From: Azolla caroliniana | Taxonomy: Eukaryota > Plantae > Polypodiophyta | DNA length: 64,000 nt | Direction of reading: 5' to 3' | Assembly: GCA_043228905.1 (NCBI GenBank) | Contig: JBHGNT010000015.1 | Span: 19,158,001-19,222,000 of the forward strand | Shown here: positions 61,700 through 64,000 of the stretch, in pieces | How the letters are laid out: each line of letters starts with the position of its first letter | Numbering within the stretch: position 1 is the stretch's first letter | Program-made: the position numbers and the translations under genes | The notes under the pieces: model-generated | Told to the model about the DNA's origin: nothing | Databases searched by the model: none | Seen by the model: only the letters and a program-made list of their open reading frames with translations

Positions 61700-63712
61700 C
61701 AAACCAAGGTTCGCAAGAGGAAATTATATTTGTTAAAATTTTATGGACTTTTGCAAAGCCTTTGACACAATTCCTACAGAGTGGTTGTTTGATAGGCTTA
61801 AAAGCTTGGAGATACCAAATTACATGATTTGGCCATCTATTCTTTATATGAGCAAGTTTTTGGGCACGTATGATGTCCGTGTGGCCTATCCAATTGCTTA
61901 ACTAGCACGATTGGTGTAAATTAAGGTTGTCCCCTATCACCAACTCTTTTTGGATCTACATTGATGAGATTACTATTTTTACTACTTGTAAGGGAGGCAA
62001 CAGAGTAGGCCTAGGGGGTATGCAAGTCAATCTCTTGGTTTATATAGATGATATAGTTTTACTCTCTAAGTTTAAACAAGACCTACAAAGGCACCTTAAT
62101 GACTTAGATGACTTTTGCAAATAAAGAGGACTAGTAGTGAATCTAGGGAAAACTAAAGTCCTATCTTCCACACGTCTACCCAAGTTCAGAGTAAATACCA
62201 CCTAATGCTCTTTAAGAGACAAGTTGAGGTAGTAAGATCATATGTATATCTTGGTGTCACTTTTAGTGCTTGCTTGAAAGTAAATTTTCGATGACACATG
62301 CAACAAAAGATATATTAACAAGAGGATATGCGCCCCTCTCACTCTTAGAGAGATAATGCCACTAAACATACTTCCAAGAGTCATGAACAAAAGGGTGGCT
62401 CTTCGACTCATTTGTAACCCCTTCCCTCATGTATGCAACGATGGTTTTGGGCTCCGGGGCTACCACCTCTCATGTGATTGTAATTAGTGCAATCGATGTT
62501 ATCACGACAAATCCAAAGCAAATCAATAGTATCACATAAAATCATTAACACAAAGTTTGTTTACCCCCTATGCTAGTAGAATCACTTTTTTAAGTAGTAG
62601 TTTTATTGATAGGAACCATGGGCAATCACAAGATAGGATATCTTGACAAGCTTTCGAGGCATTTCGATTACTCTACGAGTCCATAGATACTAGCTCTTGG
62701 TATATTACCATGGTAGACTAGCTTTTCGACAGAGACATTAATAACCTAGCTCCACTTAGGTACCACTACAAGACCGATAAAACTTTGATATTTCATGAAG
62801 ACTGCAACAAAGTGAACGCCAAGAAATATGGCAAATGTATACTTTACATAAATGGATTAACCCATGAGAGCCACTCCCATCTAAAATGTTGTCCTATACG
62901 GAACACTTCATGCATTTCTTCGAGTTAGGTTTTATTATGCAACCAAAATATCTAAATACGTTCTTACCAAATACATAAAGGGTTGACATCGGACAACTTA
63001 AAGTATCATCCCACCAACTTGAGATTGAAGATGGTTGTGCTAATGGAGTTCCTAGAGATAAAAGGATGTGTAGATTATGTCACATAGAGATAGATGCTGA
63101 GTATCATTTACATGCAAATGTCCAGCTTACATCAAGGTAAGGGGAACATACCATGACGTACTTGGACCCTCTCCCAACTATTGGATACTTTGGATATAAA
63201 TACACTAGGTAGATATATATTAGAATTAAAATGACATAGAGAGAATAAGCTACAAAATGTTAACCATAACCTTTCTAATACTCATCAACACGTCACCATT
63301 GAATGTTTTTAAGGATAGGGGAGGATGATAAACGAGAACACACTTGGACCATTTGGCCACTTCGTCATGGAAGCAAAAAACGAGAGAATAACCAAACAAC
63401 CTCGTATACCAGGCTTCAAAGTCACTCATTGTGTGGAAGCAATTAAGAAGATACGAGAATGAGAGTTACCCCACATAGAAGCTTTGGATAGGATACCATT
63501 TACATTCGAGACCACGTGTTACACTTGCATCGCAACCCTTCGATTCCTTGCTCCTTTTCGAGAGACAAGGATGGAAATGAAACTAGTCTCAACACATAGC
63601 CGTTTCCTTTATAGAACATGCTACACCGCATGGCATCTTTTTTTACCGTGCTTAGACTCTTTTATTGATGTTTTATTTTTGATAATAGGGTACACATACC
63701 CGTTATTCTAAT
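61700..63712 (+). mobile_element. Degenerate non-LTR retrotransposon RT with C-terminal Cys/His domain (non-L1 type, RTE-X/L2-like)
   Basis: Frameshifted motifs FMDFCKAFDTI, GCPLSPTLF, LLVYIDDIVLLS, LQRHLNDLDDFC, LVVNLGKTKV, YVYLGVTF, and C-terminal SSHQLEIEDG...PRDKRMCRLCH...EYH. Short stem-loop AATAGGGTA..TACCCGTTATT near 63685-63709. Confidence 0.8.
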
Positions 63713-64000
63713 CAATTGTCTCATGGGCCAAAATCTGGTCTTAGAAGACGTTAATATATATTTCTTTCTTGTGTATTATTGGCGATTCAACACGTATGTA
63801 GTTAGTGGGTGACCATACTACTCCATTGTGGTACCCATTGTAAGTAGTGTTTTCCATACACATTTCTTTACCATGATTGTGTGTGTTTTCACAACAACAA
63901 GAAGAAGAGAAGTGAGAGAAGTGAGGGGCATTTGAGGAAATAAAAGGAAGCCCCAAAGAGAGAAGAGAAGAGGAGAGAAGAGAAAGAGAGCTTAGGGGTA

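Overview
AT-rich eukaryotic nuclear DNA from a land plant. A fern is my inference, from the PLS-PPR style and the repeat types. Five intact protein-coding genes can be assembled by hand with open frames across splice sites: a PLS-class PPR protein with an E domain (+), COX6B (-, 4 coding exons), COG8 (-, 12 coding exons), a plastid glucose-6-phosphate/phosphate translocator (+, 5 coding exons) and a secreted GH3 beta-glucosidase/exo-glucanase (-, 9 exons, one GC-AG intron). The rest is transposon debris: a 5'-truncated Ty3/gypsy element with its 3' LTR, several LINEs, hAT-type non-autonomous elements, LTR pieces, microsatellites and local duplications. The main observations are: (1) a 4.1 kb L1-like LINE with the 5'-inversion geometry of twin priming inside a perfect 16-bp target-site duplication; (2) two copies, about 54 kb apart, of a chimeric unit of PPR coding fragment + LINE-like 3' tail + A-rich end, possibly a LINE-mobilised PPR retro-unit; (3) a duplicated 3' splice site in the GH3 gene whose use would remove the catalytic acid/base region. 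All calls were made by eye without database searches.
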